Position numbers and translations under genes: made by a program | Part shown: positions 55,384 to 64,000 of the stretch, in pieces | Layout of the letters: every line of letters begins with the position of its first letter | Position numbering within the stretch: position 1 is the first letter of the stretch | Notes under the pieces: model-generated | What the model was told of the DNA's origin: nothing | The model's input: the letters and a program-made list of their open reading frames with translations, nothing else | The model's database searches: none | Assembly (NCBI GenBank): GCA_934133195.1 | Contig: CAKPAZ010000003.1 | Location: 10,682-74,681, forward strand | Length of the DNA: 64,000 bases | Source: an uncultured Bacilli bacterium | GTDB taxonomy: Bacteria; Bacillota_I; Bacilli_A; ML615J-28; CAG-313 | Reading direction: 5' to 3'

Positions 55384-55722
55384 ATGAAGAAATTAGGAAT
55401 TTACTTGTTAATGTTTATTTTCGTTTTTACGGTAACAGGATGTAAAAAAAGAGATGAAGGTACATATAAAATACTCGTAAAAGATCCTTATAGCCTTTTA
55501 GCGAGAAGCCTAGATGAATCCTATCAAGCAGGAACCATCGTAAAAGTAGAATATATGAGAAAACCAAATTATAATTGTGGAGTTATAGCTAATGGTAAAG
55601 AATTAAAGACAAAAAGCTATCTTTTAACAACCGTTAAATCCGCGAAGTTTGTAATGCCAAATCATGACTGTGTAGTCGAACTTTATGCGGAAAAAATAAG
55701 TACGGACAATGATTCACAATAG
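55384..55722 (+). CDS. Small hypothetical lipoprotein
   Basis: RBS AAAAGGAGAATTTGGATG and lipobox FTVTGC. The track start at 55354 is less likely. Confidence 0.6.
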   Translation: MKKLGIYLLMFIFVFTVTGCKKRDEGTYKILVKDPYSLLARSLDESYQAGTIVKVEYMRKPNYNCGVIANGKELKTKSYLLTTVKSAKFVMPNHDCVVELYAEKISTDNDSQ

Positions 55723-55734
55723 GAGGAAAATAAG

Positions 55735-56364
55735 ATGAAAAAAGTATTGTCAAAACTTGCTATTTTATTAACAATTATTTGTTGTGTATTTTTAGTATCT
55801 TGTAAAGAAGAAACTATTATAACCCCAAGTAAGGACCCAGTACACAATAATAAAGAATGGTTCACAGATGATGAACTTAAAAAGATAGGATTATCAGGAT
55901 TAGATGCTCCTACAGGTTTAGAAGGAGAAATTATCTCATCAACTACATGGTTTAATGGTGGATACTCTTTTTCTCAAGTGTGTCCAAGTGAAGATGTTTT
56001 CTTTAAAAATGCTGAAGAATACTTTAAGTATTTAAAACAACACCGTTTATATAACCAAGGCTTTATTTATGGAGCGGTAAACATTGAAAAAACTTCAACT
56101 AGTACTAATGAAATATGGTACCGCTTTAACCAAAGTGAAGATCTAAATACTTACTATGATGATAATCCAAGTAAATTATATAAATTCTACTATGTAGCTA
56201 AAAATGAAGTATTAGATGGTTATTATAAACCTGATGCTGTCTACACGCTTGAAATTAGATATGAGTATGATACAAATAGAGAAACCTACTGTTTCAAACT
56301 ATTCATTGAAAATGCTACAAAATCACATAATGGTGTTTATACATACCATTACAAAATGGTGTAA
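55735..56364 (+). CDS. Hypothetical lipoprotein
   Basis: RBS TAGGAGGAAAATAAGATG and lipobox VFLVSC; 209 aa with no recognised domain. Confidence 0.6.
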   Translation: MKKVLSKLAILLTIICCVFLVSCKEETIITPSKDPVHNNKEWFTDDELKKIGLSGLDAPTGLEGEIISSTTWFNGGYSFSQVCPSEDVFFKNAEEYFKYLKQHRLYNQGFIYGAVNIEKTSTSTNEIWYRFNQSEDLNTYYDDNPSKLYKFYYVAKNEVLDGYYKPDAVYTLEIRYEYDTNRETYCFKLFIENATKSHNGVYTYHYKMV

Positions 56365-56367
56365 ATA

Positions 56368-56404
56368 GAAAAAAATGGGTTAAAATTTTAACCCATTTTT
56401 ATTT
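56368..56404. terminator. Bidirectional terminator between convergent genes
   Basis: Palindromic ATGGGTTAAAA/TTTTAACCCAT flanked by an A-run and a T-run. Confidence 0.75.
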
Positions 56405-56794
56405 TTAATCCATTTCTTCCATAAAATGTTTTTTTATAGCTTCAAATGTTTCCACACTTAAATCATGTTCAACCTTACAAGCATCAGCATAAGCGATGTC
56501 ATATGGAACCCCTAATTTCATAAAACATTTTGCGAGAACATTATGTCTTTCATATATTGAACTTGCAATCTTATATCCCTTTTCGGTAAGTGTTATGCCA
56601 CCATTGGTGTCAATTTCAATATAGCCATCATTCTTTAAGTTTTTCATAGCTCTTGAAATACTTGGCTTTGAATAATTCATTGATTTAGCAATATCTAATG
56701 AAATGACACGACCTTGTTCATTATGAAGAACTAAGATTCTTTCTAAATAGTCTTCAGCGGATTCATGAATTTTCAACTCAATCACTTCCTTCAT
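56405..56794 (-). CDS. mntR: DtxR/MntR-family metal-dependent transcriptional regulator
   Basis: ESAEDYLERILVL, an HTH (DIAKSMNYSKPSISRAMKNLKNDGYI) and a metal-binding/dimerisation region (RHNVLAKCFM...KVEHDLS). No SH3-like domain. Confidence 0.8.
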   Translation of the reverse strand: MKEVIELKIHESAEDYLERILVLHNEQGRVISLDIAKSMNYSKPSISRAMKNLKNDGYIEIDTNGGITLTEKGYKIASSIYERHNVLAKCFMKLGVPYDIAYADACKVEHDLSVETFEAIKKHFMEEMD

Positions 56795-56929
56795 TTAGTT
56801 ATTTTACCATATTTTCCAAAATAAAACAAGCATTTTAGTTTTATGAGATAAAAAAAGACTTTATTGCTTTATTTTTTTTCATATTTTTGGTATAATAAGT
56901 TGAATTTTATACAAAAGGAAGTACTAATT

Positions 56930-58591
56930 ATGCTTAATGAATTATTACAAAATATTAAAAATGAACTATATAAGGCTGTAGAAAAACTAGGATATCTTGA
57001 TGAAACAATTATTCCAAATGCTGATGCTATCCTTCTTGAACTACCAAAAGATAAAGATCATGGTGACTATGCAACTAACCTTGCGATGAAACTTGCGAGA
57101 GTAGCAAGAAAGAAACCTCAAGACATTGCCAAAGAAATCATTGAAAACAGTGATTTATCAAAAATGCATCTAACTAAAATGGAAGTTGCAGGTCCTGGTT
57201 TTATTAACCTATTTTTAGATTTAACTTATCTTCATGAAGTAATCTTTAAAATTAATGAAGAAAAAACTTCATATGGTAACCTTACTATTGGCGAAGGAGA
57301 AAACATCGACTTAGAATATGTAAGTGCTAACCCAACTGGCTATCTTCATGTTGGTCATGGTCGTGGTGCCGCTTACGGTGATTCTCTATCTCGTATTATG
57401 AAAAAAGCTGGCTTTAAAGTTAATCGTGAACACTATGTAAATGATGCTGGTAATCAAATTACTAATATGGCTTTAAGTGTTTATGAACGTTATAAAGAAT
57501 TATTTGGTTTACCTATTGAAATGAAAGATGATTACTATCATGGTAAAGAAATCATCAGTGTAGCCGAAGAACTAAAGGAAAAATATGGCGACAAGTTCAT
57601 TGAAAACTTTGATCTTGAATTCTTTAAAGAATATGGAACTAAACGTTTACTTGGTAATTTACAACATGACCTTGAACGTTTCAATGTAACCTTTGATACT
57701 TGGTTTAGTGAAAAAACATTATACAAAACTGGTGCTGTCGAAAAAGTTTTAAAGAAACTAACTGAAGATGGTAATACTTATGTTCTTGATGGAGCAACAT
57801 GGTTAAAGACAACTAAATATAATGATGAAAAAGACCGTGTAATCGTTAAGAGTGATGGTAGTTACACTTACCTTTTACCAGACATTGCTTATCATGCGAA
57901 CAAATTATCTCGTGGATATACTCATCTAATCGATGTTCTTGGAGCTGACCATCATGGTTACATCGAAAGACTTAAAGCTGCTGTTTCAATGGTTGGTGGT
58001 AACTCAGATTTAATTGATATTGAAATCCTTCAAATGGTTAGAGTAATGGAAAACGGCGAAGAAGTAAAAATGAGCAAACGTAGTGGTAAAGCCATTACCC
58101 TTGCTGACTTAATCGATGAAGTAGGTAGTGATGCTCTTCGTTATTTCTATGTTGCAAAATCTCTAAGTACACATATGGACTTAGACCTTGATTTAATGAA
58201 ACAAAAATCAAATGATAATCCTGTATTCTATGCTCAATATGCTCATGCGAGAATCTGCAGTGTTCTAAAGAACTTTGCATCTCTTGGTCATGAATTTAAA
58301 CCAGTAACTGAGTTTACTCATCTTGATCTAAATGTAACTAAGAGTATTTGTTTATTACTTCTTCAATATCCAAGTGTAATCGAAGAAGTCGCAACAAAAC
58401 GTATAGTTCATAAGATTACTCATTTTATCAATGAATTATCATACTTACTTCATAGTTACTATAATGATGAAAAGATTATCACCGACAATATTGAAGAAAC
58501 AATGGAAAAACTTACAATCATTAACGCAATCAAGATTGTCCTTGGTGATGCTCTAAACTTAATCGGTGTAAGTGCCCCTGAAAAAATGTAA
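56930..58591 (+). CDS. argS: Arginyl-tRNA synthetase
   Basis: ATG at 56930 is preceded by AAAAGGAAG and the TGgTATAAT -10 (56888-56896), which lies inside the longer track ORF. Class I motifs NPTGYLHVGHGR and KMSKRSGK. Confidence 0.95.
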   Translation: MLNELLQNIKNELYKAVEKLGYLDETIIPNADAILLELPKDKDHGDYATNLAMKLARVARKKPQDIAKEIIENSDLSKMHLTKMEVAGPGFINLFLDLTYLHEVIFKINEEKTSYGNLTIGEGENIDLEYVSANPTGYLHVGHGRGAAYGDSLSRIMKKAGFKVNREHYVNDAGNQITNMALSVYERYKELFGLPIEMKDDYYHGKEIISVAEELKEKYGDKFIENFDLEFFKEYGTKRLLGNLQHDLERFNVTFDTWFSEKTLYKTGAVEKVLKKLTEDGNTYVLDGATWLKTTKYNDEKDRVIVKSDGSYTYLLPDIAYHANKLSRGYTHLIDVLGADHHGYIERLKAAVSMVGGNSDLIDIEILQMVRVMENGEEVKMSKRSGKAITLADLIDEVGSDALRYFYVAKSLSTHMDLDLDLMKQKSNDNPVFYAQYAHARICSVLKNFASLGHEFKPVTEFTHLDLNVTKSICLLLLQYPSVIEEVATKRIVHKITHFINELSYLLHSYYNDEKIITDNIEETMEKLTIINAIKIVLGDALNLIGVSAPEKM

Positions 58592-58622
58592 AAAAGTAGG
58601 TACAAAAGTACCTACTTTTTTT
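58591..58622. terminator. Bidirectional terminator (argS / LysR gene)
   Basis: Stem GTAGGTAC, loop AAAA, stem GTACCTAC, flanked by A5 and T7. Confidence 0.85.
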
Positions 58623-59513
58623 CTATGATTCTTTGTTATTTAATTTTTCCAACATCATTTTTAAGAACACTCCACTTGCTTTTGAGAATACTTGATGTTT
58701 TTTCCAAGCAAAAACTAATGTTGAATATAGTGGTGGATTGAGTGGTTTAAAACATAATTTACTGTCACCACTAGTATTAATAATATTATCAAGACCGATT
58801 GCATAACCAACGCCTTCTTCAACTAAGATTGAAGCATTAAACAAAAGGTTATAAGTTGCAACAATGTTTAAATTAGTTGGATCTTTTTTGAACCAATCAA
58901 ATAAATTATTCTTTCTCATGGATTGATCAGATCTAATAAGTGGTTTATCCCACAAATCTTCGGGAGTGATATTCTCTTTTTCTGAAAGTTCACTATCTTT
59001 TCTCATCAACACTCCCCAGGTATCTTTTTGAGGGAGATTTACATATTCATATTTAGATAGGTCAACAGGATTTACAAAAATTCCAAAATCAATTAATCCA
59101 TGATCAAGTTTATCAAGGATGATTGAGGAATCTCCACTGTAAAAATGAAATTTAATGTTTGGGTATAAAGAAATAATCGACTTTGCTACTGAGGCAACAA
59201 TATCAATGGTTTTACTTTCCCCTCCACCAATATAGATATCTCCACTAATGTCATCTTGAGAAAAAGCAAGTTCGGCATTAGTTTTTTCATATAAGTCTAA
59301 GATTTCTTCTGCTCTTTTATATAAAAGAATTCCGGTTTCCGTTAAAGTTATCTTTTTAGTTCCTCTGGTAAATAGAGGCTTACCAATTTCATCTTCTAAA
59401 TTCTTCATTTGTCTAGAAAGACTAGGTTGGGTAATAAATAATGACTGAGCAGCCTTAAGAATACTACCTTCTTTAACGACTGCAATAAAGTATCTAAGTT
59501 CACGTAATTCCAT
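58623..59513 (-). CDS. LysR-family transcriptional regulator
   Basis: MELRELRYFIAVVKEGSILKAAQSLFITQPSLSRQMKNLE N-terminal HTH, followed by a substrate-binding domain of about 200 aa. Confidence 0.9.
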   Translation of the reverse strand: MELRELRYFIAVVKEGSILKAAQSLFITQPSLSRQMKNLEDEIGKPLFTRGTKKITLTETGILLYKRAEEILDLYEKTNAELAFSQDDISGDIYIGGGESKTIDIVASVAKSIISLYPNIKFHFYSGDSSIILDKLDHGLIDFGIFVNPVDLSKYEYVNLPQKDTWGVLMRKDSELSEKENITPEDLWDKPLIRSDQSMRKNNLFDWFKKDPTNLNIVATYNLLFNASILVEEGVGYAIGLDNIINTSGDSKLCFKPLNPPLYSTLVFAWKKHQVFSKASGVFLKMMLEKLNNKES

Positions 59514-59590
59514 AGCAATCTCCTTTCAATTAATATTATAATTAATAATGATATGCCTGTCAAGCATAGAATACTATAAAATATAGGTAT

Positions 59591-59619
59591 TTGACATATC
59601 TAATAAACTATAGTATACT
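59591..59619 (+). promoter_or_regulatory. Near-consensus promoter of the 59736 operon
   Basis: TTGACA (59591-59596), 17-nt spacer, TATACT (59614-59619). Divergent from the LysR gene. Confidence 0.6.
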
Positions 59620-59735
59620 TTTGTTGAAGACATAGATAAGAAGGAATAAGACTAACCTAATGACTAATGTTTCTTATTTAGTCTTCAAAAATTTGCACAA
59701 AAGTTGATGGATTAACTTTATAAAGGAGTAAAAGT

Positions 59736-60224
59736 ATGAAAAAAGTAAAATTTGTCCTTTTTCTTTTCGTTACCCTCTTCCTCATATGTAGTTGCTCTTT
59801 AAAAAATAAGGATCATCCATCAACTGATGTTCCAAAAAATGAGGTGGAAGAACAAGTGAATACAATCTATTTATATATTAATGACAAAGTCCTAACCGTA
59901 GAAATTGAAACAAATGTTGCGACTAAAGCATTACTGGAAAGATTAAATAATTCTGACATAACTTACATTGCTCATGATTATGGAGGATTTGAAAAAACTG
60001 GTGATCTTGATAAAAGTCTTCCTACCATTAATTCAAATATTAAAGCCACAACTTTTGATGTTATGCTTTATAATGCAAAAACTTTAGTCATTTTCTATGA
60101 AAGCAATACTTGGTCATATACACCTATTGGAAGAATAACTGGAGTAACCAAAGAAGAACTAAAAAAAATTTTAAAAGTAAATCAAGAAAATATAGAAATT
60201 ACCATCAGTAAGGAGAAAAAATAA
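59736..60224 (+). CDS. Cyclophilin-like fold lipoprotein
   Basis: Lipobox LFLICSC. IYLYINDKVLTVEIETNVATKALLERL...DYGGFEKTGDL..SLP...FDVMLYNAKTLVIFYES fits the cyclophilin-like (Cyclophil_like2) pattern as I recall it. Confidence 0.6.
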   Translation: MKKVKFVLFLFVTLFLICSCSLKNKDHPSTDVPKNEVEEQVNTIYLYINDKVLTVEIETNVATKALLERLNNSDITYIAHDYGGFEKTGDLDKSLPTINSNIKATTFDVMLYNAKTLVIFYESNTWSYTPIGRITGVTKEELKKILKVNQENIEITISKEKK

Positions 60225-60225
60225 A

Positions 60226-60819
60226 ATGAATAAAACATTAAAATCAATTTTGCTACTTATTATCTTATTATTTACATTATCTGGATGTACTACTCAAGCC
60301 CCTAGCGATGAGGATAAAAACAATGAAGGCGGAAATACTCCAAACCCCAATGCAACCGAAGTAGTTGTCTATTTTTCATGTACATCAACAACTAAAAACA
60401 TTGCTGAAAAAATAGGTAACCTTAAAAGTATTCCTGTAATAGAAATTTTACCAAAAGTTCCATATACTGCGGATGACTTAAAATATTATACAAATTGTCG
60501 TGCTGACAAAGAATATGCTGATCCAACTTCCAGACCAGAGATTGCGGAAAACATTGATATAAGTAAATATGATGTAATTTATTTAGGTTATCCAATATGG
60601 TATGGAGAGGCTCCTCGTATTATTTCTACTTTCCTTGAAAGTTATGATTTTGAAGAAAAAACAATTGTTCCATTTTGTACCTCCGCATCAAGTGGAATTG
60701 GAAGTAGTGATAAAAAACTTCAATCTCTAATCTCTGGTGCAACCTGGAAAACCGGAGCAAGTTTCTACAAAAACACATCTAACCAAGAAATCAGTAAATG
60801 GCTTGATGAAGTAAAATAA
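60226..60819 (+). CDS. Flavodoxin-like lipoprotein
   Basis: Lipobox FTLSGC. VVVYFSCTSTTKNIAEKI, YDVIYLGYPIWYGEAPRIISTFLESYDF and KTIVPFCTSASSGIG match the short flavodoxin family that commonly neighbours cyclophilin-like genes. Confidence 0.75.
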   Translation: MNKTLKSILLLIILLFTLSGCTTQAPSDEDKNNEGGNTPNPNATEVVVYFSCTSTTKNIAEKIGNLKSIPVIEILPKVPYTADDLKYYTNCRADKEYADPTSRPEIAENIDISKYDVIYLGYPIWYGEAPRIISTFLESYDFEEKTIVPFCTSASSGIGSSDKKLQSLISGATWKTGASFYKNTSNQEISKWLDEVK

Positions 60820-60835
60820 CTATATAAATAAAAAT

Positions 60836-60878
60836 ACACATTAGATTTGAAATTACTTTCATCTCTAATGTGTTTTTG
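60836..60878 (+). terminator. Terminator (usable by both convergent genes)
   Basis: 10-bp stem ACACATTAGA / TCTAATGTGT followed by a T-run. Confidence 0.7.
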
Positions 60879-60886
60879 TTTAAAGT

Positions 60887-61552
60887 TTAAGGTAATGGAA
60901 ACTCTTTAATTTTTCTATTCAAGAAACCATAAAGGAAATAAAGCCCCACACAGACTCCAAAAGTTAAAGCTGTCATTATGACAAATACGCCAATTGGAAT
61001 CAAATTACTTCCTCTAAATAAACGATAATAATCAGGCCATTTTTTAACACCAACGACCATAATTAAATAAACAAGGGAGTAAAAGCTGTTAAAAATAACA
61101 CTGAACCATGTTGTTTTAAAATCAATATCGTTTGTATTTTCAAAGAATAGGAAATTGTAAATACCAAGTAGTGGACAAATTAAATTAAGTGTTAATCGGT
61201 AACTACTAAAGGTACGTGAGAATCCTTCTTTGGGAGCAATAATACATAAAGCAAATATTAAAGTCATTACGCTAGCAGTTACTCCAATAAGTCTTAAGGA
61301 AAGACACCAACTTAAAGTTACGGCTCTCGTATCAAGTAAGTTTCTAAACTCCATTACCACCATTACACATGATGTAAGAGCAAGAAAGATCGTTGATAAG
61401 ACATTCAAGTAACGAAATACATAATAACTTAATGTGCCATTAAGGCTATAATACTTTGTAATCATACCTCCCGTTGCATAAATCGCGCCAACAATAATTA
61501 GAAAATTTAAAATTAGTGCAAAAGCGTTATTAATAATTCTTTTCATATTCAA
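60887..61552 (-). CDS. Multi-pass integral membrane protein, unknown function
   Basis: 221-aa ORF with about six hydrophobic helices; RBS AAAAGGGGAATTGAATATG on the minus strand. Confidence 0.6.
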   Translation of the reverse strand: MNMKRIINNAFALILNFLIIVGAIYATGGMITKYYSLNGTLSYYVFRYLNVLSTIFLALTSCVMVVMEFRNLLDTRAVTLSWCLSLRLIGVTASVMTLIFALCIIAPKEGFSRTFSSYRLTLNLICPLLGIYNFLFFENTNDIDFKTTWFSVIFNSFYSLVYLIMVVGVKKWPDYYRLFRGSNLIPIGVFVIMTALTFGVCVGLYFLYGFLNRKIKEFPLP

Positions 61553-61698
61553 TTCCCCTTTTACAATATAATTATATCACAAATTTTAAATAAGTCATAA
61601 CTTTGACATTTTTTTATCAAAAAAAAGTAATAAAAGTAGAAATTATGAGAAAAAAGTGGTATAATAGTTATACTTTTTTATAAAATCAAGGAGGAAAT

Positions 61699-62727
61699 AT
61701 GGAAACATTTTTAATGTATTTCTTATTTATTGTAGGTATTATCCTAATAGTTAAAGGTGGCGACTGGTTTGTTGATGGAGCAGTCTGGGTTGCGGAAGTA
61801 ACAAAGATTCCAAAGTTTATCATTGGTGCTACCATCATTAGTTTAGCTACTACCCTCCCTGAAATCATCGTATCAACGATTGCGGCTATCGATGGCCATC
61901 AAATCTTGATCTCAGGAGTTGGTGACTATATAGCTGCCTCTCAAGATAAAGTTGGAATGGCCATTGGTAATGGAATAGGATCAGTTATTTGTAATACTGC
62001 TATGATCCTTGCGATAAGTATTATCTTTATGCCAATTGGTGTAAACCGAAAAGACTTTATGCCAAAAGCTCTTTTACTCCTTACCGCTGTAGTGGTGCTA
62101 TTCATCTTTTCTCTAAATGGTTTATTCTCTATATGGGGAGCCTTTGCTTTATTAATTGTATTTGGTATCTACATATTTGAAAACATTCGTTCGGCTAAAC
62201 AAAGTGAAAATGAAGAACCAACTGAACTTCCAGATAAATCTAAAAAAAGCATTATTCTCAATATTTCTCGTGTTGTCGTTGGTGCAGCTGCAACCGTCAT
62301 TGGTTCACAACTCCTTGTTAATAATGGTAGTAAGATTGCTACCTCTTGGGGTGTTTCAGAAGCTATCATCGGAGTTACCATTGTTGCTGTTGGAACCTCA
62401 CTTCCTGAACTTGTAACGGCGATTGCTTCTATCATCAAAAAACAATCATCAATGTCAGTAGGTAATGTCATTGGTGCTAACGTAATCGATACAACCTTAA
62501 TCCTTGCATTATGTTCATTCATTTATGGAGGTAAATTACCGGTATCTGCTCAAAACATTTACCTAGATTTCCCTGTCGCAATCCTAGTAACTTTGATTGC
62601 GTCAATACCTACCATCATTCAAAAGAAGTTCTCCAGATGGCAAGGTATCTTAATGCTTGTAATCTATATAGCATACTTAGTAATTGTTACCACTAATCTA
62701 TCATGGTATCTATCACTATTTAAATAA
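61699..62727 (+). CDS. Ca2+/Na+ antiporter (CaCA family, YrbG-like)
   Basis: RBS AAGGAGGAAATATG. Two alpha-repeat motifs (ATTLPEIIVS and GTSLPELVTAI) in a 10-TM layout. Confidence 0.85.
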   Translation: METFLMYFLFIVGIILIVKGGDWFVDGAVWVAEVTKIPKFIIGATIISLATTLPEIIVSTIAAIDGHQILISGVGDYIAASQDKVGMAIGNGIGSVICNTAMILAISIIFMPIGVNRKDFMPKALLLLTAVVVLFIFSLNGLFSIWGAFALLIVFGIYIFENIRSAKQSENEEPTELPDKSKKSIILNISRVVVGAAATVIGSQLLVNNGSKIATSWGVSEAIIGVTIVAVGTSLPELVTAIASIIKKQSSMSVGNVIGANVIDTTLILALCSFIYGGKLPVSAQNIYLDFPVAILVTLIASIPTIIQKKFSRWQGILMLVIYIAYLVIVTTNLSWYLSLFK

Positions 62728-62733
62728 CAAAAA

Positions 62734-62758
62734 ATAGGAACCACGTGTTCCTATTTTT
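62734..62758. terminator. Bidirectional terminator
   Basis: Stem ATAGGAAC, loop CACGT, stem GTTCCTAT, followed by a T-run and preceded by an A-run. Confidence 0.8.
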
Positions 62759-63539
62759 CATTATATATAACATAATTATTTATTTTCTTTTTTAATTTTA
62801 TAACTTTCCATATAATAATAGAACCAAGAGAGAGACCTAATACATAAGCAAGTACACTAACATACCAGGTAGTATGGTTCCAAATGATTGAATAACCAAT
62901 AATATGACAGTCATAATATGGACTAATAAAAAACATATTAAAGGTATTAGTTAAATGATATTTTTGTTTAAAAAATTCAAAAGTAGCATTCATTAAAATG
63001 GCCATCGTTACCACAATCAAGAAAACGTAAACCCCAGGTTCTAGTTCAGTTAAGGATTTACCATAATCCATATTATAGATTAAATAACAAGCAAGACATA
63101 CCATACTACTATGCCAAATCATTGATTGAAAAGTAATTGATATTTCGGATACAATTACACTACTTGGAAAGATTAAAACGGAAAGTCCACCAAGCATACA
63201 AAATGACGATAAATAAACATAAAAAGCATTACGGATTTTACCCTTGGTAAAAGGAGCAATCAAGCAAACATAAAGAGGAGTAGAACATAGTTGAAAAGGA
63301 AAGATATTCCAATGATAGCCATTTCTTTCACTAAATACATTATAAAACAATTGTTTATATAGTTCTAAAACAAAGAAAATAAGTCCAAAAATAAAGACCG
63401 TTCGATCAATATTTGAATCCTTTTTTCTTGTTATAAGACGTGAAATAATGATGGTTAAAAGAATCACAACGACTTGGAAAGTAATATTTCCTTTAAAATA
63501 TTCGGTCTTAAAAGAAAAAATATTTTCAAAGAATAACAT
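62751..63539 (-). CDS. Multi-pass integral membrane protein (possibly YwaF/TIGR02206-like)
   Basis: 262-aa hydrophobic ORF; the family assignment is a weak recollection only. Confidence 0.55.
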   Translation of the reverse strand: MLFFENIFSFKTEYFKGNITFQVVVILLTIIISRLITRKKDSNIDRTVFIFGLIFFVLELYKQLFYNVFSERNGYHWNIFPFQLCSTPLYVCLIAPFTKGKIRNAFYVYLSSFCMLGGLSVLIFPSSVIVSEISITFQSMIWHSSMVCLACYLIYNMDYGKSLTELEPGVYVFLIVVTMAILMNATFEFFKQKYHLTNTFNMFFISPYYDCHIIGYSIIWNHTTWYVSVLAYVLGLSLGSIIIWKVIKLKKKINNYVIYNEK

Positions 63540-63615
63540 AATTTAACCATCTCTTAATCTTTATTTTTTTGAATAATGCTTGCATAAAAACTCCTAATTT
63601 AGTAATGTTTAAAGA

Positions 63616-63690
63616 TGGTGTGCTTAGAGAGAATCGAACTCTCATCATCAGGATCGGAACCTGTTGCCTTATCCGTTAGGCTATAAGCAC
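63616..63690 (-). tRNA. tRNA-Arg (anticodon CCG), CCA encoded
   Basis: The reverse complement folds as a cloverleaf: acceptor GTGCTTA/TAAGCAC, D-arm GCCT-AACGGATA-AGGC, anticodon arm ACAGG-TTCCGAT-CCTGA, T-arm GAGAG-TTCGATT-CTCTC, then discriminator A and CCA. Confidence 0.85.
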
Positions 63691-63698
63691 ATGGGATT

Positions 63699-63727
63699 AT
63701 TGTACCATATTTTTAAGAAAATAGCAA
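63699..63727 (-). promoter_or_regulatory. Promoter of tRNA-Arg
   Basis: On the minus strand TTGCTA, 17-nt spacer, TGgTACAAT, ending 8 nt before the mature 5' end. Confidence 0.6.
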
Positions 63728-63802
63728 TCCAAATACATAGGTATAGGTAGGAAATAATTATTTATTAAAAAATAGGTGTAAAAAACTAATGAACTAAAAA
63801 CC

Positions 63803-63831
63803 TTGTAAAAATCTGTAAGTTGTGGTATAAT
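63803..63831 (+). promoter_or_regulatory. Promoter of yggS
   Basis: TTGTAA (63803-63808), 17-nt spacer, TGgTATAAT (-10 at 63826-63831). Confidence 0.6.
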
Positions 63832-63867
63832 AAGTTCACAAATGAGAAACGTAGAAAGAGGTGGATT

Positions 63868-64000
63868 ATGAGTATAAAACAACAAGTTGAAATTGTTAGA
63901 GAAAGCTTAAAGGAGTATCCAAACGTAAAAGTAGTTGCGGCGGTAAAGTATTTTGATATTGATAAAACAAGAGAAATAGTTGAAGCTGGAATTACGGATA
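63868..64000 (+). CDS. yggS: YggS/YlmE-family pyridoxal-phosphate homeostasis protein, N-terminal fragment (runs off right edge)
   Basis: RBS AGAGGTGGATTATG. MSIKQQVEIVRESLKEYPNVKVVAAVKYFDIDKTREIVEAGITD matches the YlmE/YggS N-terminus (..V.AV.KY.....I.E....GI..FGEN). Confidence 0.75.
   Translation, partial: MSIKQQVEIVRESLKEYPNVKVVAAVKYFDIDKTREIVEAGITD

Noticed and set aside
56795-56929. T-box leader upstream of argS, or a SAM riboswitch upstream of metK (49700-49791)
   Set aside because: The argS -10 element lies only about 35 nt before the ATG, leaving no room for a T-box. metK directly follows or overlaps the upstream CDS, leaving no leader.
17531-56929. Longer N-terminal extensions given by the ORF track (17531, 21364, 23491, 29011, 49774, 55354, 56864)
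   Set aside because: Each extension starts at a non-ATG or unsupported codon and runs across the gene's own promoter or RBS. Internal ATGs with canonical RBS spacing and typical family N-termini (MQRY.. for RsmE, MKKHKF.. lipobox, MLQVKKRDGK.. ATP-cone, [15 protein letters not shown].. for MetK) were preferred.
61230-63885. Small ORFs 61230..61412, 61686..61868, 62156..62416, 62169..62522, 63697..63885
   Set aside because: These are antisense or alternative-frame readings within membrane-protein genes. In the case of 63697..63885, the ORF spans the tRNA promoter and the yggS promoter and start.
1-64000. Mycoplasma/Spiroplasma genetic code (TGA = Trp)
   Set aside because: Several genes end in TGA with ATGA start overlaps (16117, 22556, 46914). 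Trp is encoded by TGG throughout, and multi-kb ORFs are intact under the standard code.

Overview
AT-rich (about 30% GC by eye, not computed) chromosomal window from a low-GC Bacillota or Mollicutes-like bacterium. It uses the standard genetic code: TGA is a stop (ATGA overlaps at 16117 and 46914) and ORFs up to 4134 aa stay open. Housekeeping genes are dnaJ (3' end), rsmE-mtaB, a DEAD-box helicase, nfo, nrdD-trxB, nrdG-ispG, an rluA-family gene with metK, argS, tRNA-Arg(CCG) and yggS. These are interrupted by accessory blocks dominated by very large membrane-anchored surface proteins. (1) 0.3-14.7 kb holds three lipoproteins of 937, 1023 and 2712 aa. Two end in paralogous Amidase_2 (N-acetylmuramoyl-L-alanine amidase) modules with intact zinc/catalytic motifs and a large insertion. 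The 2712-aa protein also carries Big_2, Listeria-Bacteroides (Flg_new) repeats, two beta-helix modules and an internally duplicated unknown domain. (2) 14.8-23.5 kb holds a two-component system with a Cthe_2159-like beta-helix lipoprotein, and an AbrB-like regulator with an ABC-2 exporter. (3) 33.8-46.2 kb is a single 12.4-kb gene encoding a 4134-aa protein. It has an S8 subtilase, four BspA-type LRR cassettes and ten tandem 79-aa Cys/His-rich repeats (237-bp period), ending in a C-terminal membrane anchor. This gene is bracketed by two near-identical 51-bp terminator hairpins and separates nrdD-trxB from nrdG. Other points of interest are an NrdD with a C-terminal CPNC redoxin domain coupled to a thioredoxin-reductase homologue lacking the NADPH HRRxxxR motif, a 0.5-kb strand-asymmetric orphan non-coding region, and an exported flavodoxin plus cyclophilin-like lipoprotein pair. 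No CRISPR array, rRNA, complete mobile element or prophage was seen. All domain calls rest on motif recognition by eye and need HMM or structure confirmation.
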